This document shows positions 16,116 through 23,512 of a DNA stretch of 37,529 nucleotides, one piece after another. The stretch's first letter is position 1. The number at the start of each line of letters is the position of its first letter. The notes under the pieces are model-generated. The model had not been told where the DNA came from and did no database searches. It saw only the letters and a program-made list of their open reading frames with translations. A program made the position numbers and the translations under genes. Source of the stretch: an uncultured Methanosarcinales archaeon (lineage in GTDB: Archaea; Nanobdellota; Nanobdellia; Woesearchaeales; UBA525). The stretch covers positions 629 to 38,157 of the forward strand of contig CAZIKW010000004.1 in assembly GCA_964540015.1 (NCBI GenBank). Reading direction: 5' to 3'.

Positions 16116-17171
16116 TTAGATGCATGCTCCGTTGAAGCACACCGATGTCGTGTTCGTCACGCAACTCGTGTTCGTGAGCGTTGGTGTCACGCCGCTGCAG
16201 AAACGCTCCGTGAGCGTCGTGTTGCTCACGCACGTGTCCAAGTACGTGAACGGCGTGCCGCTCGCCGAACCCGTCACGTTGCCGAAGACCGTGAAGACGA
16301 TACCGCCATCAGAGTCACTGCACGAGTTCGTGTAGCAGCCGCTGGGGTCGAAAACGGAGCAAGTCCTGCTACAACCAAGCGTTCCACCGCTGTATCCCTG
16401 CGAAGAGCAGGTCTCGCCTTCAAGATCGGATCCATCGCAGACTTCCGTTCCTTCCGTCACGTTATTGCCGCAGGTCTGGTTGGTGCACAACGCAGTCTCG
16501 TAGCCGCTGCAGTCATTCTTGCAGCTGAGCGTCCCTCCGCTGTAGCCAAACGAGCCGCACGTCAGGTTGTTGAGGCTCGTGCCATCACAAACCTCGCTAC
16601 CTTCAGTCACATTATTGCCGCACACCGCCAGAGGTACGTAGTCGACGACCGCGTACACCTGCGCGACACGACCGCCGCCGTTCGGGTTCAGGCCGTACAT
16701 GCCCGCTTCCAGCGCATCGACCGTAGTGACCGTCCACGCGCTACTCGTCGCAGGGTTCGTCGTGTAGAGATGGCTGACCGCCGTCCAGTTCGCGGTTCCG
16801 CACATCTGCGTACCCGTCTGGTAATCTATGCCGCCAGAGCGTGTCATCGCGCCGATGCATGCGTTCGACGCGCTATTGTGTTGCATCAAGTAGTAGTAGA
16901 TGCGCACGGAGTTGATGGATTCAGTTGACAAACCAGTGTTGTCAAACGTGAACGTCTCCTTCCCCGTGCCGGTCGCGAAGAGATAGTCCGACGTATTGAC
17001 TGGAGTCTCCTCAACACAACTCCAGTGATTTCCCGCGCCGGAACACCCTTGCTGCGACCATGCGGTCCGGGCGCCGCTCGCATCAGGATGTATAGTCAGC
17101 GTTGCTGCCAGCGCTGTTGGTATCGCAAGCGCCAACATGAATAAGAGAACTAGTGCGTTCATAAGTCGCAT
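16116..17171 (-). CDS. Secreted surface protein with tandem CGNNVTEG-x-EVCDG cysteine-rich repeats
   Basis: The start at MRLMNALVLLFMLALAIPTALA (signal peptide) has a GAGGTG SD upstream. Two repeats of about 50 aa resemble the CGNG..E.GE.CD cysteine-rich repeat class. Many NxS/T sequons are present. Confidence 0.65.
   Translation of the reverse strand: MRLMNALVLLFMLALAIPTALAATLTIHPDASGARTAWSQQGCSGAGNHWSCVEETPVNTSDYLFATGTGKETFTFDNTGLSTESINSVRIYYYLMQHNSASNACIGAMTRSGGIDYQTGTQMCGTANWTAVSHLYTTNPATSSAWTVTTVDALEAGMYGLNPNGGGRVAQVYAVVDYVPLAVCGNNVTEGSEVCDGTSLNNLTCGSFGYSGGTLSCKNDCSGYETALCTNQTCGNNVTEGTEVCDGSDLEGETCSSQGYSGGTLGCSRTCSVFDPSGCYTNSCSDSDGGIVFTVFGNVTGSASGTPFTYLDTCVSNTTLTERFCSGVTPTLTNTSCVTNTTSVCFNGACI
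16335..16622 (-). repeat. Two tandem ~150-nt coding repeats (Cys-rich module)
   Basis: Residues 202-247 and 252-297 of the ORF are near-duplicates (CGNNVTEGSEVCDGTSLNNLTCGSFGYSGGTLSC versus CGNNVTEGTEVCDGSDLEGETCSSQGYSGGTLGC). Confidence 0.7.
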
Positions 17172-17260
17172 TCTTACACCTCTTGGAGAACTACCATCCC
17201 CAGTACGACCACAGGGGAACGACATTTTAAAAAAGTATGGTGCCCGTGTCCAGTGCTCCG

Positions 17261-18280
17261 TTATCGCGCAGCAGTGGAAACTCGTTCATATTCTCGAGCA
17301 TATATCTGCGCCAATGCCGCATCCTGAATGACCAATAAGTTCTCATCATTACGCGTGTTCGCGTTCGCCGTCGGGTTGAAGCTGCCCGTCACGACCGTCT
17401 TCCCATCGATAATGAACACCTTGTGATGCATCGTGCCAGAGTTACCATCCTTGAAAACAGGAATACCAACCGCTTTCAAAGAATCATATTCGGACCATTG
17501 ATCAGACTGCCTGCGCTCAACGACACCTTCCACAACGACACCTCGATCATACGCGCGCACGAGCGCATCGCCCACCGCATCGGACGTGAACGAGAACGTC
17601 ATGAACCGAATAGAGGCATTCGCCCCATCCAACGCGGCTATCAGAACCGTCTCGCATCCTTCCGCAGGGGCGAAGCAGACATCGACAGGAATACCGGAGA
17701 GCTCTACGAGCGGCGCATCGACACGCGCCTTCTTTGCGCCGCCGCCGTGTCCGCGCGCATCAAGGATATCCCACTCGCGTGCGTATGCTGCCGCGAGCGT
17801 ATGCGAGCGGAACACCACCAAGTGCTCATCATTCTTTGTTTGCGCGTTCACGGTCGGGTTCATCGAACCCGTCATCACGATCTCGCCATCGAGCACACAG
17901 AACTTATGATGCATCAGGCCAGCGGAATCGACCGTCGAGAATCCATGACCCATCGATTCCTCGGCATTCTCTTCGAACACCAATACATCGGCGTCTTTCG
18001 CATCGAGCGCTGCGATGGTCCGCGGGAGATCGAGCTCATAGTACGCGCAGCGGATGTCCGTCGCATTCGCGAACAAGGACAACATCGTCGCTTCGCAATC
18101 TGCCGTTCGACAGAAGACCGCATCGACAGAACCCTGTTCCTTCACTACGCCATACGTCGGCGCATCGAGCAAAAAGACGCGGATCGCCGCGAACAGCGCT
18201 CCAAGCACGATGAGCATCAGGATGATGATAGAGATGATGACGATCGGTTTGGGGCCATCGCTCTCAAAGCGTTGTTTCAT
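17261..18280 (-). CDS. Phospholipase D superfamily protein (two HKD motifs), N-terminal membrane anchor
   Basis: HHKFCVLDGEIVMTGSMNPT and HHKVFIIDGKTVVTGSFNPT both fit HxKx4Dx6GSxN. The TM helix is IVIISIIILMLIVLGALFAAI. A TATA-like CTTTAAGT (18302-18309) lies 22 nt upstream of the start. Confidence 0.8.
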   Translation of the reverse strand: MKQRFESDGPKPIVIISIIILMLIVLGALFAAIRVFLLDAPTYGVVKEQGSVDAVFCRTADCEATMLSLFANATDIRCAYYELDLPRTIAALDAKDADVLVFEENAEESMGHGFSTVDSAGLMHHKFCVLDGEIVMTGSMNPTVNAQTKNDEHLVVFRSHTLAAAYAREWDILDARGHGGGAKKARVDAPLVELSGIPVDVCFAPAEGCETVLIAALDGANASIRFMTFSFTSDAVGDALVRAYDRGVVVEGVVERRQSDQWSEYDSLKAVGIPVFKDGNSGTMHHKVFIIDGKTVVTGSFNPTANANTRNDENLLVIQDAALAQIYAREYERVSTAAR

Positions 18281-18336
18281 CGCTATGACGAGAACGCTGG
18301 CGCTTTAAGTGCGTTGCCCAGAGGAAACCGAAACCA

Positions 18337-20067
18337 TCACTCACCGCCTTGCGCCAAACGCACGAGCGTCTGCAGGCTATTGTGTTGCGCGAGCGAGCAA
18401 TCGCCTTTCGCCGATTGCGCTTGCAATGAGCGGAACCACGTGCCATCATTTATCGTCGACATGCGATCGGAAAGCGCGCAGATGGTAGGCGCATCGCCAG
18501 CCTCATAGCGCCCTTCGCTACGCGAAAGCGCGATACGCGCGTAATCATAATCCTCAGGCAACAGCGTTGGCGACGGTGGGATCGGAGAGATCGTGCCGCG
18601 ATCGTACGTGGTGACGGGTGTCCGCTCGAACCTACCATCCGTGAACACGCGCTGGGCAACGCCGATCGGCACGAACACATTGGTGCCCTCGGGAATCCTA
18701 GCGCCGGTCGGGATATGCGGATTGCGAGCGCGGAAACCATCCGCATCGCCGATGAGCCGCTCGAAATCGAGACCGGTGATTGGACGATGACCCGAAGCGT
18801 AATGCACGACGAAGCGTTCCGCCTGGAACGTCGGGTACTTGTACACCTCTCGTTCACGGAATGCAGGCACCAAATCACTACAGGTTCGCGCATCGCCCGT
18901 GTACGGTCCACGCGGAGCGCATCTGCCGGTATCCGTACGCACCGCCTTCGTTCCTGCGGCTTCTCGCACCGTCGTGTAGAGCGCATCACGGTCGATAGCG
19001 TTACGCAATCCCATGAAGCGCGGGACGTAGCGCGCGCTCTCTTTTTTGAATGTCGTACGGTTCGTCGGCATCTGCCAGCCCTCGGTAACGATCCATGAGA
19101 ACGCATCGGCCGCTTCTGTGCCGGGCGTATTCTCGTCGGCGTCAGGCATCACCAGATATTCCAGCGCCGCAAGCTGCTGCGCCTGCCAATCATCAAGCGC
19201 AGTCACGCGAGAGGGGGCTTTCCAATCCGCATGCGCTATCTGTTTCGAACGCATCTGCGCGAGATTCCCAGGGCCCGTATGATACGCGCTCATGCCGGTG
19301 AGGAAGCCGCCCGTGTGATAGACGTACGAACGCAAAAGGCCAAATGCAGCTTCTGCCGCGAGAATCGGATGTAAGCTCTCGTTCACATTCGTCCTGTTGT
19401 TCCCTCGACCTTTGGGCAAGATGAGACCCGCATTGCGCGCATTATCGCGATTGAGTTGAAACGGCCCTTCACAAGCGGCGGAACTGACGACGGAAGGGGT
19501 GAACAGGGATTCCTGAATAGCGATCAACCACGTATCGCGATCAAGCCCGTAGCGTAACCCGATCGATTCGAGATACGGAATGAATGGCGATGCTCGATCG
19601 AGCGCTTTGGGGATCTGATCCGCGCTTCCGATACGCCACGAGAGATCGCGCACCGACCTGAGCGCTGGCGGCAAGAACTGCCGATACGCTTTCGTCGCGA
19701 CCGTATCCAAATACTGGAGACCTTTAGTTCGCGCGCGCTGCCACCGCGCATATTCCACATCACTCATCTCGATCGCACTCACCGGACGTAAACGATCGTC
19801 GGGGAAAATAACGACCTTCCCGCGCGGCACCGCAGTCCACAAGTATCGCTCCAAACGGACTTCATCCGCCGCTTTAAGCGTCTCCGTGATGGGTGTGAGA
19901 AAGAGCTCGTGCTTGAGCGTCAGATCGATACGGGATGTTCCGTTCAATCGCGCGTCAGAGGTTTTATCGGGCGCGGGAGGTCGTACGGGACTCGCGGCGT
20001 CAGACGGCCGCGCAGCAGCAAGCGAGAGAGCGCATAAGCCCGCGGCGATCATCCCACGCAACCGCAT
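18337..20067 (-). CDS. Secreted protein with an SLT/GH23 lytic transglycosylase domain
   Basis: The signal peptide is MRLRGMIAAGLCALSLAAARPSDA. IAIQESLFTPSVVSSAACEGPFQL matches the ES...S.AGA.GLMQL motif, and AYHTGPGN matches AYNAGPG. A TATA-like sequence at 20091-20098 lies 23 nt upstream of the start. Confidence 0.75.
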   Translation of the reverse strand: MRLRGMIAAGLCALSLAAARPSDAASPVRPPAPDKTSDARLNGTSRIDLTLKHELFLTPITETLKAADEVRLERYLWTAVPRGKVVIFPDDRLRPVSAIEMSDVEYARWQRARTKGLQYLDTVATKAYRQFLPPALRSVRDLSWRIGSADQIPKALDRASPFIPYLESIGLRYGLDRDTWLIAIQESLFTPSVVSSAACEGPFQLNRDNARNAGLILPKGRGNNRTNVNESLHPILAAEAAFGLLRSYVYHTGGFLTGMSAYHTGPGNLAQMRSKQIAHADWKAPSRVTALDDWQAQQLAALEYLVMPDADENTPGTEAADAFSWIVTEGWQMPTNRTTFKKESARYVPRFMGLRNAIDRDALYTTVREAAGTKAVRTDTGRCAPRGPYTGDARTCSDLVPAFREREVYKYPTFQAERFVVHYASGHRPITGLDFERLIGDADGFRARNPHIPTGARIPEGTNVFVPIGVAQRVFTDGRFERTPVTTYDRGTISPIPPSPTLLPEDYDYARIALSRSEGRYEAGDAPTICALSDRMSTINDGTWFRSLQAQSAKGDCSLAQHNSLQTLVRLAQGGE

Positions 20068-20256
20068 ATCCTACTGCCCCCCGTTCGCATACTTAAAGCG
20101 TTCCGCCCGGTATCTGTCGCATACACCGACGGATGACTACGTGCGGACAGATCATCTTCGTCAAAGAGGAGTGACGATTTTTTACATACCTGTAACCATT
20201 TGAAAATGGTGTCAGAATCAGAACACATAAATATCAGTTTTCGAACGCACACGTAT

Positions 20257-20353
20257 CGTGGTCGAAAAAACGGCCGCGATCTAACTCACCTCTTTTCCCG
20301 GGAGGGACCCGTCAGGCGCAAGTCGGGCGGGACCTTCCAGGGCCTCTTTTTCT
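20257..20353 (+). ncRNA. Candidate structured small RNA (unclassified)
   Basis: A TATA-like CATAAATAT at 20225-20233 lies 24 nt upstream. Hairpin CGUGGUCG-A6-CGGCCGCG spans 20257-20278. Helix 20297-20306 pairs with 20333-20342, enclosing a CCCG/CGGG stem. A CCUCUUUUUCUC tract follows. The G-U pairs form only on the plus strand. Confidence 0.25.
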
Positions 20354-20363
20354 CAAAGCAGCT

Positions 20364-22148
20364 TCAACGCTTCCGTCGAACAACCTTCACAGCCCGAACC
20401 GTCGGCCACAACAGCAATGCGAGACCAAGAGCGAATGCTGCGCCGTAACAGAAGAAAATGATAGGCGCAGCCGCATCGATAGGCAATCGCCACGACACAT
20501 CATTCTCGGGAAAGTACATGTCAAGCGTAGCTAGTTCAAGCGCTTCTTCAGCGAACGTGAGCGCACTGTACGGCGCATCATCGCGCAACCAATCCGCATA
20601 GCGCCAATAGCTGTATGCGAGGATCGGGAATGAACCGCCCGCCTGGCGCGAGGCGAGGACACGCTCACCTGCATCGATCTTCTCCGTGACGAGAGCATCG
20701 ACACGGCTCGGATCAACGGCGATAGCGCTCGCTATCAGATTCGCATGCGCCGTCGCTTTCGCCGCATGCAGAATGCACAGCACGGGTTCGCTGTCACTGC
20801 GGTACGCGAGCGAGAGCTCTTCTTCAGCACTCTCCACAGCCGCAGGAGCGTACAACCGCACATAACTCAAGCGCTCATCAGCCTCGGCGATCTTCGCGAG
20901 GCATGCACGACGGAGTTGGTCGTCATCGACACGTAAGGGCGCTCCCGGCATACCAAATAACGCACTCCAGCTTCCCGCGCTCCTGATGCGCTCGTCTGCG
21001 TACGCGATATCTGCGCTACTATTCTTCTCATCCACATCGACATCTTTCATCGTCTCGCGCGCCTCGCTGATACGCTCACGCACGATGGCGCTCACCTCGA
21101 GGTCGCCGACTGTGAGAATCGGCGTCTGTTCCGTCGTATTCTCGACTTCGATGATATGCGCACGCACCTCACGCGCGAGCGCGCGTCGCTCTTGCAAGGA
21201 CATATCTTTCACAATCAACGCATTCAATTCGATGTCTTGGCTAAAGCACAGCGATGCACGCGGATATCCCGCATCAAGGGGTGTCGCTTCGATGCGGCGG
21301 GTGAAATTATTGGGGTCGTCGTACATCAGATCCCGTCGCCCCACTTCTGCACGCAAGAACGCGTTACGGGCGCAGATCTCTGCGCTGATGTCACGCATGC
21401 GGTTCGCGTATTCGGGTGGTGCGACCGGTTCCGCAAGCGCAGGCGATTGCTCGCGATGCGTGAAGAGCGCGAGCGCCTCATCGAGCGTACCGACCGCGAT
21501 GACCGTGACCTCTTTACTCGATAACGCGGCGACAGGTCCACGCTCGAGCGGTCCGATACCTGGCTGCGGAACGCTCGCTAGCGGCGCAGTCCCATTGACG
21601 ACCGTCTCATTCTCCGGTCCGCTCAAAAGCGGCACGAGCACCGTCGTGATACCAGCGCGTCGTGCGCCATCGATCTTCGCACGCACGCCAGAGATCGGGC
21701 CGATGACACCGCCGCTATTGATTGTGCCGGTCATCGCGATGTTCTCATCGAGCGTTCGGCGGTCGAGGACGGCTGCGGTGAGTACAGCGATCGCTCCGCC
21801 CGCGCTCGGTCCACCCACTACTGCGGTGTTCGCGCGGATCGTATAGCGGAAATCGTACTTTGAGCAATCGATATCCAAGTGATCGCATGCGACCTGATTG
21901 GCGTACCGCGTGCTCGCTTGCGTGTCCAGACGCGTGAGCGGGAAGCTATCGATGAAGATCGCGCCTGTCCCCGGCACGACATCAAGACGCACGGTCGCCG
22001 TACCACCGCGTTCCATCCCGTCACCAGTCTCAGACACCGTGAGTAGCGTGAGCTCTCCTGAGCGCGTGCTCTCCGTCATGAACTGAACGCCGACAGCGAT
22101 AAACAGAAGCACAATACCTGCGATGAGAAGTATGCGTCGGCGATCCAT
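20364..22148 (-). CDS. Membrane-anchored archaeal S16 (Lon-type) serine protease with a long C-terminal helical extension and C-terminal TM
   Basis: VGGPSAGGAIAVLTAAVL (catalytic Ser) and GVRAKIDGARRAGITTVLVP (Lys) match the Lon proteolytic domain. TM helices are present at the N- and C-termini. The ATG directly abuts the bud32 stop. Confidence 0.8.
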   Translation of the reverse strand: MDRRRILLIAGIVLLFIAVGVQFMTESTRSGELTLLTVSETGDGMERGGTATVRLDVVPGTGAIFIDSFPLTRLDTQASTRYANQVACDHLDIDCSKYDFRYTIRANTAVVGGPSAGGAIAVLTAAVLDRRTLDENIAMTGTINSGGVIGPISGVRAKIDGARRAGITTVLVPLLSGPENETVVNGTAPLASVPQPGIGPLERGPVAALSSKEVTVIAVGTLDEALALFTHREQSPALAEPVAPPEYANRMRDISAEICARNAFLRAEVGRRDLMYDDPNNFTRRIEATPLDAGYPRASLCFSQDIELNALIVKDMSLQERRALAREVRAHIIEVENTTEQTPILTVGDLEVSAIVRERISEARETMKDVDVDEKNSSADIAYADERIRSAGSWSALFGMPGAPLRVDDDQLRRACLAKIAEADERLSYVRLYAPAAVESAEEELSLAYRSDSEPVLCILHAAKATAHANLIASAIAVDPSRVDALVTEKIDAGERVLASRQAGGSFPILAYSYWRYADWLRDDAPYSALTFAEEALELATLDMYFPENDVSWRLPIDAAAPIIFFCYGAAFALGLALLLWPTVRAVKVVRRKR

Positions 22149-22745
22149 TCAGGTCACCTTGTTGCGGCCGCGGCGCTCGACTGCGCGCAGACGTTCGAGT
22201 ACGGCCGTTGCATCTTTGTTCTTTTGGCGGTAACCGGCGGTGAATGAGCGGAACGCTTGCGTCGCGACCTTGTGGTGCTTACTCGCGAGCGCTTGCTTGA
22301 GCACATGGATATCGACCGCGCGGTCCTCCAAGCGGACGCTATGAAACGAGAGGCCGAAATCGATGACGGTGATGGCACCGCTCTTGACGTCGTGCATGAT
22401 GTTGCTTGTCGTCAGATCACCGTGGATGATACCGGCACCGTGGAGTTTCGCGATCATCTTGCCGACTTCCGCAAGAAGCTTCGGATCTTTGTCAAGTGTT
22501 TCTTTGAGGGGCACACCAGAAGCGAGCGCGAGTTCGAGCGTGGAATCATCGATCGTCTTGACATCGGGGACCGCAACACCAGCCCGCTTCGCTTTCTCGA
22601 GATTGCGAGCTTCCGCTCGCGTGCGTTGCGTACGCAGGAGCTTGTCGAGCTCAGGATGACGATACGTTTTCGCGGGGCGGGATTTACGAACGCCAGTCTT
22701 GGTCCGCTCCACGATCGCTTCCGCTCCTTGCGCGAGAATAGACAT
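22149..22745 (-). CDS. bud32: KEOPS complex kinase/ATPase Bud32
   Basis: It begins LAQGAEAIVER, contains GIIHGDLTTSNIM, and has the typical length of 198 aa. A TATA-like GCTTTAAAAGG lies about 25 nt upstream. Confidence 0.85.
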   Translation of the reverse strand: MSILAQGAEAIVERTKTGVRKSRPAKTYRHPELDKLLRTQRTRAEARNLEKAKRAGVAVPDVKTIDDSTLELALASGVPLKETLDKDPKLLAEVGKMIAKLHGAGIIHGDLTTSNIMHDVKSGAITVIDFGLSFHSVRLEDRAVDIHVLKQALASKHHKVATQAFRSFTAGYRQKNKDATAVLERLRAVERRGRNKVT

Positions 22746-22931
22746 GTACGTTTGAGCCCGAGGCCGCTTTAAAAGGGTGTCGGCAACCGGAAACCTTCCG
22801 CTTTCTGGACGGCAACGTTTTTAAAGCAATATATGCACTCCAGGAGCAAACCCTGCGTCTTAAGCCGCCAGAGCCCGCAATGGTGCGGTCAATGATCGGT
22901 CCGGCGAGTACCGCAGGGCCTTTCGATCCTT

Positions 22932-23135
22932 ATGGCGATTCGCAACGTAACCCCAGGAGCGCACGGTCCGCGCATGAGCATCATCGGTTTCATCGCGGGC
23001 ACGATCTTTCTGATTGTCGGCGGCTGGTTGATTTACTCGGACTGGCAAACACTCTTGAAATTCCTCAAGCTCTTCGCCGGCTTCTTCCTCGTGCTATTCG
23101 GCCTCGGTGTCGTCGGCGCGAGCATGCGAAGATAG
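22932..23135 (+). CDS. Small two-TM membrane protein (67 aa)
   Basis: The two hydrophobic helices are IIGFIAGTIFLIVGGWLIY and FAGFFLVLFGLGVVG. Confidence 0.5.
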   Translation: MAIRNVTPGAHGPRMSIIGFIAGTIFLIVGGWLIYSDWQTLLKFLKLFAGFFLVLFGLGVVGASMRR

Positions 23136-23137
23136 AA

Positions 23138-23434
23138 TTATTTCTTTCGCAATCTCGTCATATGCCCGCACGTCAAGCACGCATACACGGTGTGCGTCGG
23201 TCGAACCCGAACACGCAATGTCTTCGTCGTGAACCACGCGTAGCATTTGCGGCAATGCAGGCGGTTGTACGCACCTAAAGAGATACGCTTGCGAGAGGCC
23301 AGTTTGTGCGCCAATGTCGCGTAGCGCTGCGCACGGTCCGGGTGAGCCACAGCAGCATCGGCAGCCAAGCGCATCAGCTTCTCGACTTCCGAGCGCGTCT
23401 CAGAGGCAGCTTGGCGTTTGGAGCGAGGGGCCAT
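23138..23434 (-). CDS. rnp4: RNase P protein component 4 (Rpr2/RPP21 family)
   Basis: This is the last 98 aa of the 474-aa ORF: MAPRSKRQAASE...HCRKCYAWF...YACLTCGHMTRLRKK. It has the CxxC...CxxC zinc ribbon typical of Rpr2. Confidence 0.8.
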   Translation of the reverse strand: MAPRSKRQAASETRSEVEKLMRLAADAAVAHPDRAQRYATLAHKLASRKRISLGAYNRLHCRKCYAWFTTKTLRVRVRPTHTVYACLTCGHMTRLRKK

Positions 23435-23512
23435 TATCGACGGGACGAGGATATGAGATTCATAATCCTTCCCACACAACCAATATAAATGGGCAGGGCG
23501 CTCGAATCTAGC

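Noticed and set aside
16053-18508. A 291-aa ORF (16053-16928) and a 361-aa ORF (17423-18508) on the plus strand
   Set aside because: They are antisense to the Cys-rich surface protein gene and the PLD gene, whose repeats and HKD motifs are unambiguous. The translations are Arg/Ala/His-rich and featureless.
20100-20220. A possible C/D-box sRNA (GGATGAC and GTGACGA boxes)
   Set aside because: The boxes deviate from RUGAUGA. No CUGA D or D' boxes occur at the required spacing of about 12 nt, and there is no terminal stem.
20200-20448. An 82-aa plus-strand ORF in the large intergenic gap
   Set aside because: It has a basic low-complexity translation that runs into the protease gene in antisense. 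The region is better explained as structured RNA or terminator sequence.
22851-22918. Fluoride (crcB-type) riboswitch identity for the structured leader
   Set aside because: The downstream protein is a small membrane protein. However, the leader lacks the conserved fluoride-riboswitch core as I recall it, and the 67-aa product is too short for a Fluc/CrcB channel. It was kept only as an unclassified structured leader.
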